Shown here one piece after another: positions 21,412-31,213 of a stretch of DNA of 64,000 nt; position 1 is the first letter of the stretch, and each line of letters starts with the position of its first letter. The stretch is from an uncultured Clostridia bacterium (GTDB lineage: Bacteria; Bacillota; Clostridia; TANB77; CAG-508), in NCBI GenBank assembly GCA_944386365.1, contig CALXAT010000001.1, positions 213,028-277,027 on the forward strand, read 5' to 3'. Position numbers and translations under genes: made by a program. The notes beneath the pieces were generated by a model. The model searched no databases and had not been told where the DNA came from. It worked only from the letters and a program-made list of their open reading frames with translations.

Positions 21412-21480
21412 TCCCCCAATCTTTTTACTTTTTATTTAGCATAACATAACAAAGTTTTTTCTCTTATCATGAATTTAATA

Positions 21481-24033
21481 TTATTCTAGTTCGTCATTAT
21501 TTTCTACTGTTAAAGTATTCGAAGTTGGTGTACTTGTATTTGTATTTGGACTTGTAGTCGTATTTGTTGAAGAATCTGTACTTCCTGTAATATTTGTAGT
21601 ATTACTCGTAGTGGAATTTGTTGTACTTGAATTTGTTAAAGTGCTATTATTTCTATTGGTATTTGTTGTATTTGTTCTATCATTATCAGTCGTTGTATTT
21701 GTTTTATCCGTATCAGTTGTTGCATTTGTTGTATTTGCTAACATATTTGTTTCAGGAACCTCATTTTCTAAACTTGGGTCTAATGTCAAATCTTCATTAA
21801 ATACATTTTGATTTGTTTCTTCATTTTGTTCGTTTGAATTGTCATTTGTTGTAATCTTACTTCCTGAATGTTTTGTACAATTATCTGGTTTTGTTCCCCA
21901 TAAGAAATATTCTTCATAAGTATTTGTACAACCGCTATTTGCAATTCCTCCAGAATCTGCACATATTTTTTCTGTTTGTATCCAACTAGGCTTTTTAAAA
22001 GTTGCATTGTCTAAGCCAGAATGAATATTTCTCATAACATTTGCCCAAATAATGCCTGCTGGATTTTGTCTATTAAAGTAAATCGTTTCATTTTGATCAT
22101 ACCCAAACCATGTTGCAGCTGTATAATATGGTGTAAAACCACACAGCCATCTATCATAGTTTTCATCTGTTGTCCCTGTTTTTGCTGCCACATCCATTCC
22201 TGAAATAGCACAATACGTAGCAGTTCCATTTGTTCCTTTAACTGGCTGGGTTAATATTTCTTTTAAGATATAGGCTACTTGTTCTGAAAATACCCTATGA
22301 GATTTAGGATTAGCTTTTACAATCGTTTTTCCTGATTGATTTGTTATTTTCGTATAGAATGTAGGTTCTATATATATACCATCATTAGCAATTGTGCTAT
22401 ATGCTGCCGCCATTTCTAAAGGTGTAATGCCTTTATCTAATCCTCCTAAAGCTAATGATAAACTTTCATCTTTTTCTGTTAAAGATGTAATTCCCATATT
22501 CTTCAAATAAGATATAGATGTTTTTACCCCTATTTGTTCCATCATTTCTACAAATGGAATATTTTGAGAAGATTCTACTGCCCTTCTAACTGTAATTTTT
22601 CCTAAATATCCATCATAGTTTTTAGGACTATAATTTCCTTCAAAAGTAGTTTCAACATCTGCATATAGTGTTGCTGCTGTAAATTTCTTCTTATCAATTC
22701 CTGGTGCTAACACAGCTAATGGTTTAATAGAAGAACCGGTTTGTCTTTTACTTTGTGTAGCTCTATTTAAGCCTCTTGCTGTATTTTTTTCTCCTAAGCC
22801 ACCTACACAGGCTACTACTTGACCTGTTTGATGGTCAATAATTACCATTGCCGCTTGCGCTGGGTCTCCACCTTCTCTAGATGCAATATTGTATTGGCGT
22901 TTATCAAATTCAGTTTCTGTTTCATCTTGAATGTTTAAATTTTGCGTACTATTAATTGTTAATCCGCCTAAATATAAATAGTTTGTAGCAAAATCTTCTG
23001 TTATATTTTTCTTGTCAGCAATATCTTGTGTTATCTCATTTATTAAAGCATCTGTATGATAAGAATAAATTCCATTATTTGCTTCTACTTCACCTTGATC
23101 AAAATGTAAACCATTTTGTACTTCTGTTACAGCTGTATTATATTCTTCTTCTGTGATGTATTCTAATTCTAGCATTTTGTCTAATACAGTAATTGTTCTA
23201 TCATGGATTTTTTCTGTATTATCTGTATCTTTATCAAAAGGATTGTATGAGTTTGGTGAATTGTTAATTCCTGCTAAAAAGGCACATTCAGCAAGTGTCA
23301 GGTTTTGAATATCTTTACTAAAATAATATTGACTACCAGCACCTACACCATATATATTAGGTCCAACATATATGACATTTAAATACATATCTAATATTTC
23401 TTCTTTTGAGAAATAACATTCTAATAAGTATGCTTTCCACCATTCTTTTACTTTTCTAGAAATAGAACTACTATTATCCCCTGTTAAATTTTTTACTAAT
23501 TGTTGTGTAATTGTACTTCCTCCAAAAGAAGAATTTCCTATGTGTATAACATAATTAATAATCGCTGAACCTGTTCTTTTAATATCAACACCATGATGTT
23601 TATAATATCTTTCATCTTCAATTGCCACATAAGCATTTTTTAGATTCTTAGGCATATCTTCGTTCTCAACTTTTATTTTCTTTCTTTCACTTCCTAGTTC
23701 TGCAATCACATTGCCATCAGAATCCACGACAACAGAATTTTTATTTGTAAACATATCTGTTGTTATTTGTTTCCAATTATAAGCTGAAATACCTAATATA
23801 ATACCTAAAATTACGATAATAAGAATTATTAAGATAAGAATAACTTTTTTAATTTTTTTTCTTTTTATCCTTTCTTTATAATTTAAGTCTTTTTCATGCT
23901 TACTTTTATTTTTGGAATGTTTATGTTTGTGTTTACGTTCTTCTTCAAAAAACTTTTCTCTTTCCTTTTTTTCTTTTTGCATTTTTTTCATAGCTTTGGG
24001 AAGTTCTTCTTCGTCTTTTTTATTTTTAAACAT
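21481..24033 (-). CDS. Class A penicillin-binding protein (PBP1A; transglycosylase/transpeptidase)
   Basis: 850 aa. Lys-rich cytoplasmic tail, TM helix, GT51 motifs (EDERYYKHHGVD, GGSTITQQLVKN), transpeptidase domain. C-terminal S/T/N-rich low-complexity tail. Confidence 0.9.
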   Translation of the reverse strand: MFKNKKDEEELPKAMKKMQKEKKEREKFFEEERKHKHKHSKNKSKHEKDLNYKERIKRKKIKKVILILIILIIVILGIILGISAYNWKQITTDMFTNKNSVVVDSDGNVIAELGSERKKIKVENEDMPKNLKNAYVAIEDERYYKHHGVDIKRTGSAIINYVIHIGNSSFGGSTITQQLVKNLTGDNSSSISRKVKEWWKAYLLECYFSKEEILDMYLNVIYVGPNIYGVGAGSQYYFSKDIQNLTLAECAFLAGINNSPNSYNPFDKDTDNTEKIHDRTITVLDKMLELEYITEEEYNTAVTEVQNGLHFDQGEVEANNGIYSYHTDALINEITQDIADKKNITEDFATNYLYLGGLTINSTQNLNIQDETETEFDKRQYNIASREGGDPAQAAMVIIDHQTGQVVACVGGLGEKNTARGLNRATQSKRQTGSSIKPLAVLAPGIDKKKFTAATLYADVETTFEGNYSPKNYDGYLGKITVRRAVESSQNIPFVEMMEQIGVKTSISYLKNMGITSLTEKDESLSLALGGLDKGITPLEMAAAYSTIANDGIYIEPTFYTKITNQSGKTIVKANPKSHRVFSEQVAYILKEILTQPVKGTNGTATYCAISGMDVAAKTGTTDENYDRWLCGFTPYYTAATWFGYDQNETIYFNRQNPAGIIWANVMRNIHSGLDNATFKKPSWIQTEKICADSGGIANSGCTNTYEEYFLWGTKPDNCTKHSGSKITTNDNSNEQNEETNQNVFNEDLTLDPSLENEVPETNMLANTTNATTDTDKTNTTTDNDRTNTTNTNRNNSTLTNSSTTNSTTSNTTNITGSTDSSTNTTTSPNTNTSTPTSNTLTVENNDELE

Positions 24034-24199
24034 ATATTCACTATCCTTTTTATAGATTTCATCAATAGTATATCATAATAAATAAAAAAATCAAATTAAA
24101 AACTTTGCACAAAATTTTTACGCTACTATTTCTTTTTTATTTCTATTGATATATAATATGTGTATATACTTAAATACATACTAAGGAGTGAGAAAACTT

Positions 24200-25184
24200 A
24201 TGATAAAGCGAGAAGAAAATCCAGATTATATTAATTCTTTTTTAGATTATAGTACAACAATTTTAAATAAATCCCCTAATAGTATAAAAGAATACAATTA
24301 TGATTTAATGATGTTTTTTCGATTTATAAAAATACATTTCCATATGACGGATGAAACAGAATTTTCAAAAATTGAAATTAACGATATCCCTATTAGTGTT
24401 GTCAAAAAAATCACATTAGAAGATATACATGCCTTTATTAGTTACATGGCAATAGAACTAAAAAGTAAAGCAGCAACTAGAGCTAGAAAAGTATCTACAA
24501 TAAGAATTTTCTTTAAATACTTATCGCAAAAAGCCAAACTAATAGAAGTAAATCCTGCTCAAAATCTAGAAACTCCAAAGGCGGATAAGCGACTTCCTAA
24601 ATATTTAAATTTAGAAGAAAGTAAAAGATTACTAGATGTAACTGAAAATGAAGATAATAGAAATTATCAAAGAGATTATGCAATAATTACTTTATTTTTA
24701 AATTGTGGACTCCGTTTATCTGAATTAGTAAATATTGATATTAAAGATATTGATTTTAGTGAAGCAAAATTAAATGTTATTGGAAAGGGAAATAAAGAAA
24801 GAACGATTTATTTAAATAAAGCTTGCTTAAAAGCGATTAGTGAATATTTACAAGTACGACCTAAAGAAGGTATTAAAGTTGACAAATTAAATTCTCATAA
24901 AGCTTTATTCTTGAGTGAACGACGTGAAAGAATTAGTAGAAGAACGGTCCAATATATTGTAAATAAAGAACTACAAGCAGCACGGATTAGATACAAATAA
25001 ATTTTCTGTACATAAATTACGTCATACTGCTGCAACTTTAATGTATCAATATGGAAATGTAGATATTAGAGCTTTACAAGTGCTTTTAGGACACGAAAGT
25101 ATATCTACAACAGAAATATATACACATGTTGAAAATACACAAGTTCGAGATGCTGTTAATCATAATCCTTTGGCTAATATTTAA
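24200..25184 (+). pseudogene. XerC/XerD-family tyrosine recombinase with +1 frameshift near 24981
   Basis: N-terminal ORF 24200-25000 (…GLRLSELVNIDIKDID…ERTIYL…) stops at ...[10 protein letters not shown]. The catalytic C-terminus continues in another frame: [23 protein letters not shown]…[16 protein letters not shown] (R-H-R-Y motifs). Deleting the C in gcagcaCggatt restores one 328-aa frame. Confidence 0.7.
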
Positions 25185-25228
25185 AACTATATATAAAAAA
25201 TAGAAAAGAAGGTTTCTTCCTTCTTTTT

Positions 25229-26113
25229 TTATTTTTTCCTTATATTTTTTATTGCTTCTGGTATCATTTCAATTGTATCAGAAGCTTTCATACTAATATC
25301 TGTATATTTTTCTTGTGCTAACTCTCCCGCTTTTCCTGCTAAATAACTACCTGCTGCAATAACTTCCACATCTACTCTATGATAACCTAGCATTCCTACT
25401 AAAATTCCAGACAATACATCTCCGCTACCTGCAGTTGCCATTCCAGGACAACCACTTCCTACTAAATATGTACTTTTTCCATTTGTAGCAATTGTCGTAC
25501 TTCCTTTTAATAATAATATAACATTATATTGTTTAGCAAAATTGCTAGCTATTTCTATAGGATTCTTTTTTATATTTTCTATGGATACCTTAGATAATCT
25601 TTCAAATTCTTTTAAATGTGGTGTTAATATGATTTTGCAATTTGTCTGATTTAAGATATCAAGATTCATTTCAGATAATGTATTTAATCCATCAGCATCA
25701 ATTATGCAAGGAATTGTTTTATTTTTCAATATGTATGTTAAAATCTTTTGATTATCTCTACCCTTTCCCCATCCCATTCCAATTGCTAAAGCTTTCAATT
25801 TTTCTAAAGATTGATCCATTTCTTGTTTATTAAATTGCATTTTATTTTCTTCATCATTATCTATTGGGAAAATAGTTTGTTCTAAAAGATATGACGCAAC
25901 AATACTTTCTATACTTTTAGGTATAATTAATCTTACAACACCACATCCAGCTCTTAAAGCTGTAGAACTCATGTTGGCCAGTTTAATGGCACCTGTATAT
26001 TCCATACAACCTCCCATAATACCAACATATCCATATGTTCCTTTATGTGTATCTTTTTCTCTTTCCTTAAAAATCTCTTTTAATGTTTCATTTGACAATT
26101 CTAAAATATTCAT
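25229..26113 (-). CDS. nnrD: ADP-dependent NAD(P)H-hydrate dehydratase (YjeF C-terminal domain)
   Basis: 294 aa. THKGTYGYVGIMGGCMEYTGAIKLA, …GSGCPGMATAGSGDVLSGI…, a carbohydrate-kinase-like fold. Confidence 0.85.
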   Translation of the reverse strand: MNILELSNETLKEIFKEREKDTHKGTYGYVGIMGGCMEYTGAIKLANMSSTALRAGCGVVRLIIPKSIESIVASYLLEQTIFPIDNDEENKMQFNKQEMDQSLEKLKALAIGMGWGKGRDNQKILTYILKNKTIPCIIDADGLNTLSEMNLDILNQTNCKIILTPHLKEFERLSKVSIENIKKNPIEIASNFAKQYNVILLLKGSTTIATNGKSTYLVGSGCPGMATAGSGDVLSGILVGMLGYHRVDVEVIAAGSYLAGKAGELAQEKYTDISMKASDTIEMIPEAIKNIRKK

Positions 26114-26166
26114 AATTACCTTCTTTGTGTTTAATATTACTTTTTTATTTGGTATAACTATTTATA

Positions 26167-26526
26167 TTAAAGCTGAAATACAAGTAAAATAATTTCTAAA
26201 AAGATGCTAACTTGTGCAATTCCTGCTAATGTACCTGTTATAAATCTTCTATTATTTGTAGATTCTTTGATCTTTTTATATTGTATATACCAATCCAAAA
26301 ACATAATGCATAAAAAGATAAAATCTATATACAGAGGAATTCTAAATTGTAATATATATAGAATAACTCCCAAAGCTTGTCCAACCAATATTCCTGTACA
26401 TCGACTACAAATTGGAAATTGCCAACCTTTTATATGAAAACTTCTATCTTCTCTTTGATGACATCCACACCTATTACCTAATCGCATAAAAAATGCCCAA
26501 GTTTTAATTTTTGTACTTTTCTTCAT
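26167..26526 (-). CDS. DUF2085 family membrane protein
   Basis: CGCHQREDRSF…FPICSRCTGI signature. The start is placed at the ATG overlapping the upstream stop (TAATG), with GGAAAGAGA 6 nt upstream. Confidence 0.7.
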   Translation of the reverse strand: MKKSTKIKTWAFFMRLGNRCGCHQREDRSFHIKGWQFPICSRCTGILVGQALGVILYILQFRIPLYIDFIFLCIMFLDWYIQYKKIKESTNNRRFITGTLAGIAQVSIFLEIILLVFQL

Positions 26527-26732
26527 TAGAATCTCTTTCCACAATCATTACATATATTGGTTGTTTTTGTTTCAGTTGTTGTATCCCCTGTATTGCACAA
26601 ACCACATAAAATTCCAGGCCATCCAAATAATAAATATCCACAGCAAGCATCTCCACCATCAAAACCCTTTGTCTTTGTTTTTGTATCTATAATACTCGAA
26701 ATATTCTGGCTTCCACAATTTGGACATCTCAT
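26526..26732 (-). CDS. Small zinc-ribbon protein with central hydrophobic segment (LITAF-like architecture)
   Basis: 68 aa. N-terminal CPNCGS knuckle, CCGYLLFGWPGILCGLC core, C-terminal CNDCGKRF knuckle. GGAGG RBS. Translationally coupled to the DUF2085 gene. Confidence 0.6.
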   Translation of the reverse strand: MRCPNCGSQNISSIIDTKTKTKGFDGGDACCGYLLFGWPGILCGLCNTGDTTTETKTTNICNDCGKRF

Positions 26733-26879
26733 AAAATTCCTCCAATTTTTAAATTTATGATTATATATTTTATTTTGTATATATTGTATATATCATAAAG
26801 TAAAAATTATATCAATTAAAAATTTATGAATTTTTTATATCCAGGAAATTTTACGCCAGTATGTACGACATATTTATTT

Positions 26880-27956
26880 CTATATTTTTATATAATGATA
26901 TTCACAAGCTCTAATTAATCGATTCATAATAGCAAGTCCAATACCATCTTTTTTTACCCCTTCAATAATAACAATATCTGGATGAAAAGAATCTACTTTT
27001 CTTAAATCTGTAAATATATTTTTTGCAATTTCATTTAAATTTTCTTTTGAGCCATACATAATTTTATTTTTTATAGAATAGCGGGCAAAATTTTCATTAC
27101 AAGAAATAATAAGAGGATTTGAATACTGTTTTGCTAGTTCATTAATTTTTGATATCATTTTTTCGTTATCTTCACTATATACCAACAAACAATTACTTTT
27201 AGGCGCATAATGTCTATATTTCATTCCTGGAGATAATACTTTTTCATTATCATTTATATTTTTTAATATATGCTCATCTATTTTTACGGTTCCTACTACT
27301 TTTTCTATATCTTCTGGAGAAATTTTGCCTGGTCTTAAGATATTTGGTATTCCATTTACGACTCTTACAACACTTGATTCTACACCTACTTCACACTCTC
27401 CTCCATCAATAATATAATCTACTTTATCAGAAAGTTCATCAAAAATATCTAAAATATTTGTTCCGCTTGGTCTTCCAGATATATTTGCACTTGGTGCCGC
27501 AATTGGAACACCTGCATAAGATATTAATTGATTTGCAATTTTTCCACTTGGCATACGCACACCCACCGTATCTAGCCCACCTGTAACCATATTAGGAACA
27601 ATCTCTGTTCTATTTAATATAATTGTAAAAGGTCCTGGCCAAAATGTTTTCATTAACGTATATTCTATTTCAGAAATATTTTTAGCAATTTTGGATAACA
27701 TATCAAAATCAGAAATATGTAAAATTAAAGGATTATCTTGTTTTCTTCCTTTAGCTATATATATTTTTTTGACAGCTTTCTCATCTAATCCATTTGCACC
27801 TAATCCATATACTGTTTCTGTAGGGAATAATACTAATCCCCCATTTTTTATAATTTTTCCAGCATTTTCTAATTTAGAATAATCTGTCGCATTTTTTAAA
27901 TCTAAATATTTTTCCAATTTTTTCCCTTCTTTCTCAGTACTATTATTATATTGCAT
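26880..27956 (-). CDS. tsaC: L-threonylcarbamoyladenylate synthase (YwlC/Sua5 long form)
   Basis: 358 aa. LVLFPTETVYGLGAN…, HISD motif, and a C-terminal Sua5 domain. Confidence 0.9.
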   Translation of the reverse strand: MQYNNSTEKEGKKLEKYLDLKNATDYSKLENAGKIIKNGGLVLFPTETVYGLGANGLDEKAVKKIYIAKGRKQDNPLILHISDFDMLSKIAKNISEIEYTLMKTFWPGPFTIILNRTEIVPNMVTGGLDTVGVRMPSGKIANQLISYAGVPIAAPSANISGRPSGTNILDIFDELSDKVDYIIDGGECEVGVESSVVRVVNGIPNILRPGKISPEDIEKVVGTVKIDEHILKNINDNEKVLSPGMKYRHYAPKSNCLLVYSEDNEKMISKINELAKQYSNPLIISCNENFARYSIKNKIMYGSKENLNEIAKNIFTDLRKVDSFHPDIVIIEGVKKDGIGLAIMNRLIRACEYHYIKI

Positions 27957-28189
27957 TTTGTTAAATTTATCAAGCGTTATGTAAATGAATATAAATCAAG
28001 AAACATTTATAATTATCCTTAATATTATTTTTATTTTATATATAGATTTTTCCTTTTTATACTTATTATTAATAAAAAAGATATATATTTTTTACATTTT
28101 TTTAAAAATACTAGACATATTTCAAATATTTGTGATATCATATAAAAGAAACTTAAGATAAATTTTTTCTTAAATGGAGGTATAAAAAT

Positions 28190-28579
28190 ATGATTAAAAA
28201 TTTAAAAATATTTTCTATTATCTTAATAATATTTGTAATATCACTTTCTTTTGCTACAAAAGTCTTAGCTGTAGATATGAATATAAATGAAACAAATAAT
28301 CAAAATGTTTCAAACACCACAGATGATACAAATACTTCTAACTCTTCAAATACTGCAAACAATGCTAATGTGTCATCAAATTCTAGTAATTCATCTAATA
28401 CACAAACTAATACATCTAGTACAAGCACTTCTTCGTCTAATCCTAATACAACAACTGTACAAAGTAGTTTACCTGAAAGTGATTTAGGTATATCAAATGT
28501 TTTATGTATTATTTTAATTGCTATAGGTATTTTATTAATATTATTAGCAATTTCAATCTTAATTAGACTTGGTAAATAA
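28190..28579 (+). CDS. Small secreted S/T/N-rich protein with C-terminal TM anchor
   Basis: Signal peptide (…FATKVLA|VD), an ~80-aa N/S/T low-complexity stalk, then …SSLPESDLGISNVLCIILIAIGILLILLAISILIRLGK. Confidence 0.55.
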   Translation: MIKNLKIFSIILIIFVISLSFATKVLAVDMNINETNNQNVSNTTDDTNTSNSSNTANNANVSSNSSNSSNTQTNTSSTSTSSSNPNTTTVQSSLPESDLGISNVLCIILIAIGILLILLAISILIRLGK

Positions 28580-28737
28580 TAAAATTTAGATTTTAACTTT
28601 TTCGTTAAAATCTTTTTTTTATTATATTTTTTGCAATTTTTACATGTATAATTCATTTTCTTTTTTAAAATACTATTAATGAGAATATATTGTCTTAATA
28701 TTATTTTCATATATTTTTTAAAGGAGGATTGTTAATT

Positions 28738-29226
28738 ATGCAGAAAAAATTGATTATTGCATTTACAATTATTATTTCAATTATATTATCTTTTTCTGTA
28801 TGTTTTGCAGCAGATCTTTTAACAGATGCTACAAATGCTGTAAAAGATACTGTAAATAATACCGGAAATGCTGTCGAAGGAGCTATGGATACTGCTGGAA
28901 ATGCAATTAAAGATACTATGAATACTGCCGGAAATGTTATGCAAGATTCTACAGACAAAACAGAAAACACAATGGGTAATATAGGAAATACTGTTGAAAA
29001 TACCGGTAATGCTGTAGAAAGTAATATGGATAAAAATGATGGAACCCATAATGATACTTATACAGCTACTAGAACATCAGCTGATGGAACTGCTACTTTC
29101 ATGGGAATGAATGCAACCGCATGGACATGGTTAATATTAGGTATTGCTGCGATTGCCATTATTGCTGTAGTTTGGTATTATTCAATGCAATTTACTTCTG
29201 AAAATAATCATTCAAAAAAAGATTAA
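28738..29226 (+). CDS. Secreted repeat protein (11-residue NTAGNA.KDTM-type repeats) with C-terminal TM anchor
   Basis: AGGAGG RBS. Signal peptide (…SVCFA|AD). About 6 tandem degenerate repeats (NTGNAVEGAMD / TAGNAIKDTMN / TAGNVMQDSTD …). C-terminal WTWLILGIAAIAIIAVVWYY helix. Confidence 0.55.
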   Translation: MQKKLIIAFTIIISIILSFSVCFAADLLTDATNAVKDTVNNTGNAVEGAMDTAGNAIKDTMNTAGNVMQDSTDKTENTMGNIGNTVENTGNAVESNMDKNDGTHNDTYTATRTSADGTATFMGMNATAWTWLILGIAAIAIIAVVWYYSMQFTSENNHSKKD

Positions 29227-29328
29227 TTTCTTAAATTAACAGATAGAAATTGAGAATATTTCTATCTGTTCTATTTTATTATGGAATTATATATGTTATA
29301 ATATTCAAAGAAAGTTAGAGGTAGTTAT

Positions 29329-29784
29329 ATGAATACAAAATTAATTGCAAAAAATCCAACTGCATATCATAATTATTTTATTGAAGATAAAATAGAAGCA
29401 GGAATTGTCTTGTTTGGAACAGAAATTAAATCCATTAGAGCTGGTAAGGTAAACTTAAAAGACAGCTATGCTAATATTAAAAATAGTGAAGTATACATAT
29501 GTGGAATGCATGTAAGTCCCTATGAACATGGAAATATCTTTAATAAAAATCCATTAAGAGATAGAAAACTTTTATTGAATAAACGTGAAATTAATAAATT
29601 AATTGGACTTACAAAACAAAAAGGATATACTTTAATTCCTATTAGTATTTATTTCAAAGGAAATTTTGTAAAAGTAGAATTAGGTATTGGAAAAGGTAAA
29701 AAATTGTATGATAAGCGTCAAGATATTGCCAAAAAAGATGCACAAAAACAAATTGCTATCAATTTAAAAAATAAACAATATTAA
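29329..29784 (+). CDS. smpB: SsrA-binding protein
   Basis: 151 aa; …[22 protein letters not shown]…[11 protein letters not shown]…, a canonical SmpB. Confidence 0.95.
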   Translation: MNTKLIAKNPTAYHNYFIEDKIEAGIVLFGTEIKSIRAGKVNLKDSYANIKNSEVYICGMHVSPYEHGNIFNKNPLRDRKLLLNKREINKLIGLTKQKGYTLIPISIYFKGNFVKVELGIGKGKKLYDKRQDIAKKDAQKQIAINLKNKQY

Positions 29785-29825
29785 AAGAACAAGATTATCA
29801 CTCTTGTTCTTTTCTTTATTTTTTC
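29785..29825 (+). terminator. Rho-independent terminator of smpB
   Basis: agaacaag / cttgttct stem followed by TTTCTTTATTTTTT. Confidence 0.8.
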
Positions 29826-29931
29826 AGAAATTTTTCTTGCAGCCTGTTCTCTTACTTTTATCAATTGTCGTATCATATTGTTCTTGCATTCTATTGCCTC
29901 TTTTAAATATTTTCCAAGTACAGTTGTACTT

Positions 29932-30861
29932 CTATATTTTACCAGCTGAACCAAATACATCTTTCATTTTATGAGCAACCGTTTCTTTAATTAATTCTCT
30001 TGCTGGTGTTAAATATTTTCTAGGGTCAAATGCACTTGGATCTTCTACAAATACTTTTCTAATTCCTGCTGTCATAGCTAATCTTAAGTCTGTATCAACA
30101 TTAATTTTAGAAACACCAGATATACTTGCTTCATGTAACATCTCGTCTGGTACACCTTTTGCACCAGGAATATTCCCTCCATATTGATTACACATTTCAA
30201 CTAATTCTGGTATAACTGTAGAAGCACCGTGCAATACAATTGGTGTTTCTGGTATTCTTTCTTTAACTTCTTTTAAAATATCAAATCTTAATTTTGCTTC
30301 TCCTTTAAACTTATAAGCTCCATGACTAGTTCCTATAGCTATAGCCAAAGAATCACAACCTGTCCTTTTTACAAATTCTTCTGCTTGTGCTGGATCTGTA
30401 TATATAGCATCAGATGCCGCAACATTTACATCATCTTCTATACCTGCTAATTTTCCAAGTTCTGCTTCAACAACAACACCTTTAGAATGTGCATAATCAA
30501 CTACTTGTTTCGTTAAAGCAATATTTTCTTCAAAATCATATTTTGAACCGTCAATCATAACAGATGTAAATCCATTATCAATACACATTTTAGCAGTTTC
30601 AAAATCAGGACCATGGTCTAAATGAATAGCCATTGGAATTTCAGGATATTCTTCTACGGCAGCTTGTACCATTTTCATTAAATATCCAATTCTTGCATAT
30701 TTTATTGCACTTGATGATGCTTGTAAAATAACCGGAGATTGAGTTTCATGAGCTGCATCTGTAATTGCTTGTACAATCTCCATATTATTAACATTAAAAG
30801 CACCTACTGCAAATCCCTCTTTCATTGATTTTTCAAACATTTCTTTTGTCGTAACTAACAT
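29932..30861 (-). CDS. fba: Class II fructose-1,6-bisphosphate aldolase
   Basis: 309 aa. …AIHLDHG…GFTSVMIDGS… and …LHGASTV… zinc and phosphate-binding motifs. Confidence 0.95.
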   Translation of the reverse strand: MLVTTKEMFEKSMKEGFAVGAFNVNNMEIVQAITDAAHETQSPVILQASSSAIKYARIGYLMKMVQAAVEEYPEIPMAIHLDHGPDFETAKMCIDNGFTSVMIDGSKYDFEENIALTKQVVDYAHSKGVVVEAELGKLAGIEDDVNVAASDAIYTDPAQAEEFVKRTGCDSLAIAIGTSHGAYKFKGEAKLRFDILKEVKERIPETPIVLHGASTVIPELVEMCNQYGGNIPGAKGVPDEMLHEASISGVSKINVDTDLRLAMTAGIRKVFVEDPSAFDPRKYLTPARELIKETVAHKMKDVFGSAGKI

Positions 30862-30955
30862 ATCTTATCCTCCTTCTAGGGCTTTTCCCTATTAATTTTG
30901 CTAAAGTTATTTTATTTCTAAATTATAGATATGTCAAGAAAAAATGAGAAGAAAA

Positions 30956-31123
30956 TTATTCCTTCCCATAAATATAACTTGAACACATTGATTCGTCCGC
31001 TTGTTTTGTATTACAATTTTTCGTTGGCTCCACTTGGATAGCTTGTAACTTACATAAATTTTGATTTTTCTCGTTATACTTACAAGTGCCTACCGTACAA
31101 TGTATTTTTTGATTTCCTTCCAT
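30956..31123 (-). CDS. DUF1540-like small cysteine-rich protein (55 aa; below the ORF-track cutoff)
   Basis: GGAGGT RBS 6 nt before the ATG. Two CxxxxC..N-type modules: MEGNQKIHCTVGTCKYNEKNQNLCKLQAIQVEPTKNCNTKQADESMCSSYIYGKE. Confidence 0.55.
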   Translation of the reverse strand: MEGNQKIHCTVGTCKYNEKNQNLCKLQAIQVEPTKNCNTKQADESMCSSYIYGKE

Positions 31124-31213
31124 TTTGTTACCTCCAAAAATTTGTATATGAACATGATTTTTTGTTCATATTATTAGTATGTAAATTTTTTTTATTTATA
31201 TGCATTTATCAAT

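Noticed and set aside
19547-22229. Numerous 60-124-aa ORFs on the plus strand (e.g. 19547-19921, 19746-19994, 20148-20354, 21611-21811, 22021-22203)
   Set aside because: All are antisense to clpB or PBP1A and have low-complexity translations. The same reasoning rejects 1814-2014, 2942-3265, 7224-7406, 9573-9824, 10501-10689, 15528-15788, 25642-25833, 34191-34472, 38401-38688, 40691-40984, 43989-44972, 45354-45959, 46664-46978, 51824-52063, 55838-56158, 58784-59017 and 63757-63942.
28530-28579. LPESD motif as a sortase (LPXTG) sorting signal
   Set aside because: It lacks the invariant Thr-Gly. The architecture fits a simple C-terminal TM anchor. It is kept only as a note in the findings.
29785-29931. 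Looked for tmRNA (ssrA) downstream of smpB
   Set aside because: Only a terminator hairpin and the fba 3' flank are present. No GGGG…tRNA-like 5' end, tag-reading frame or …CCA 3' domain was found.
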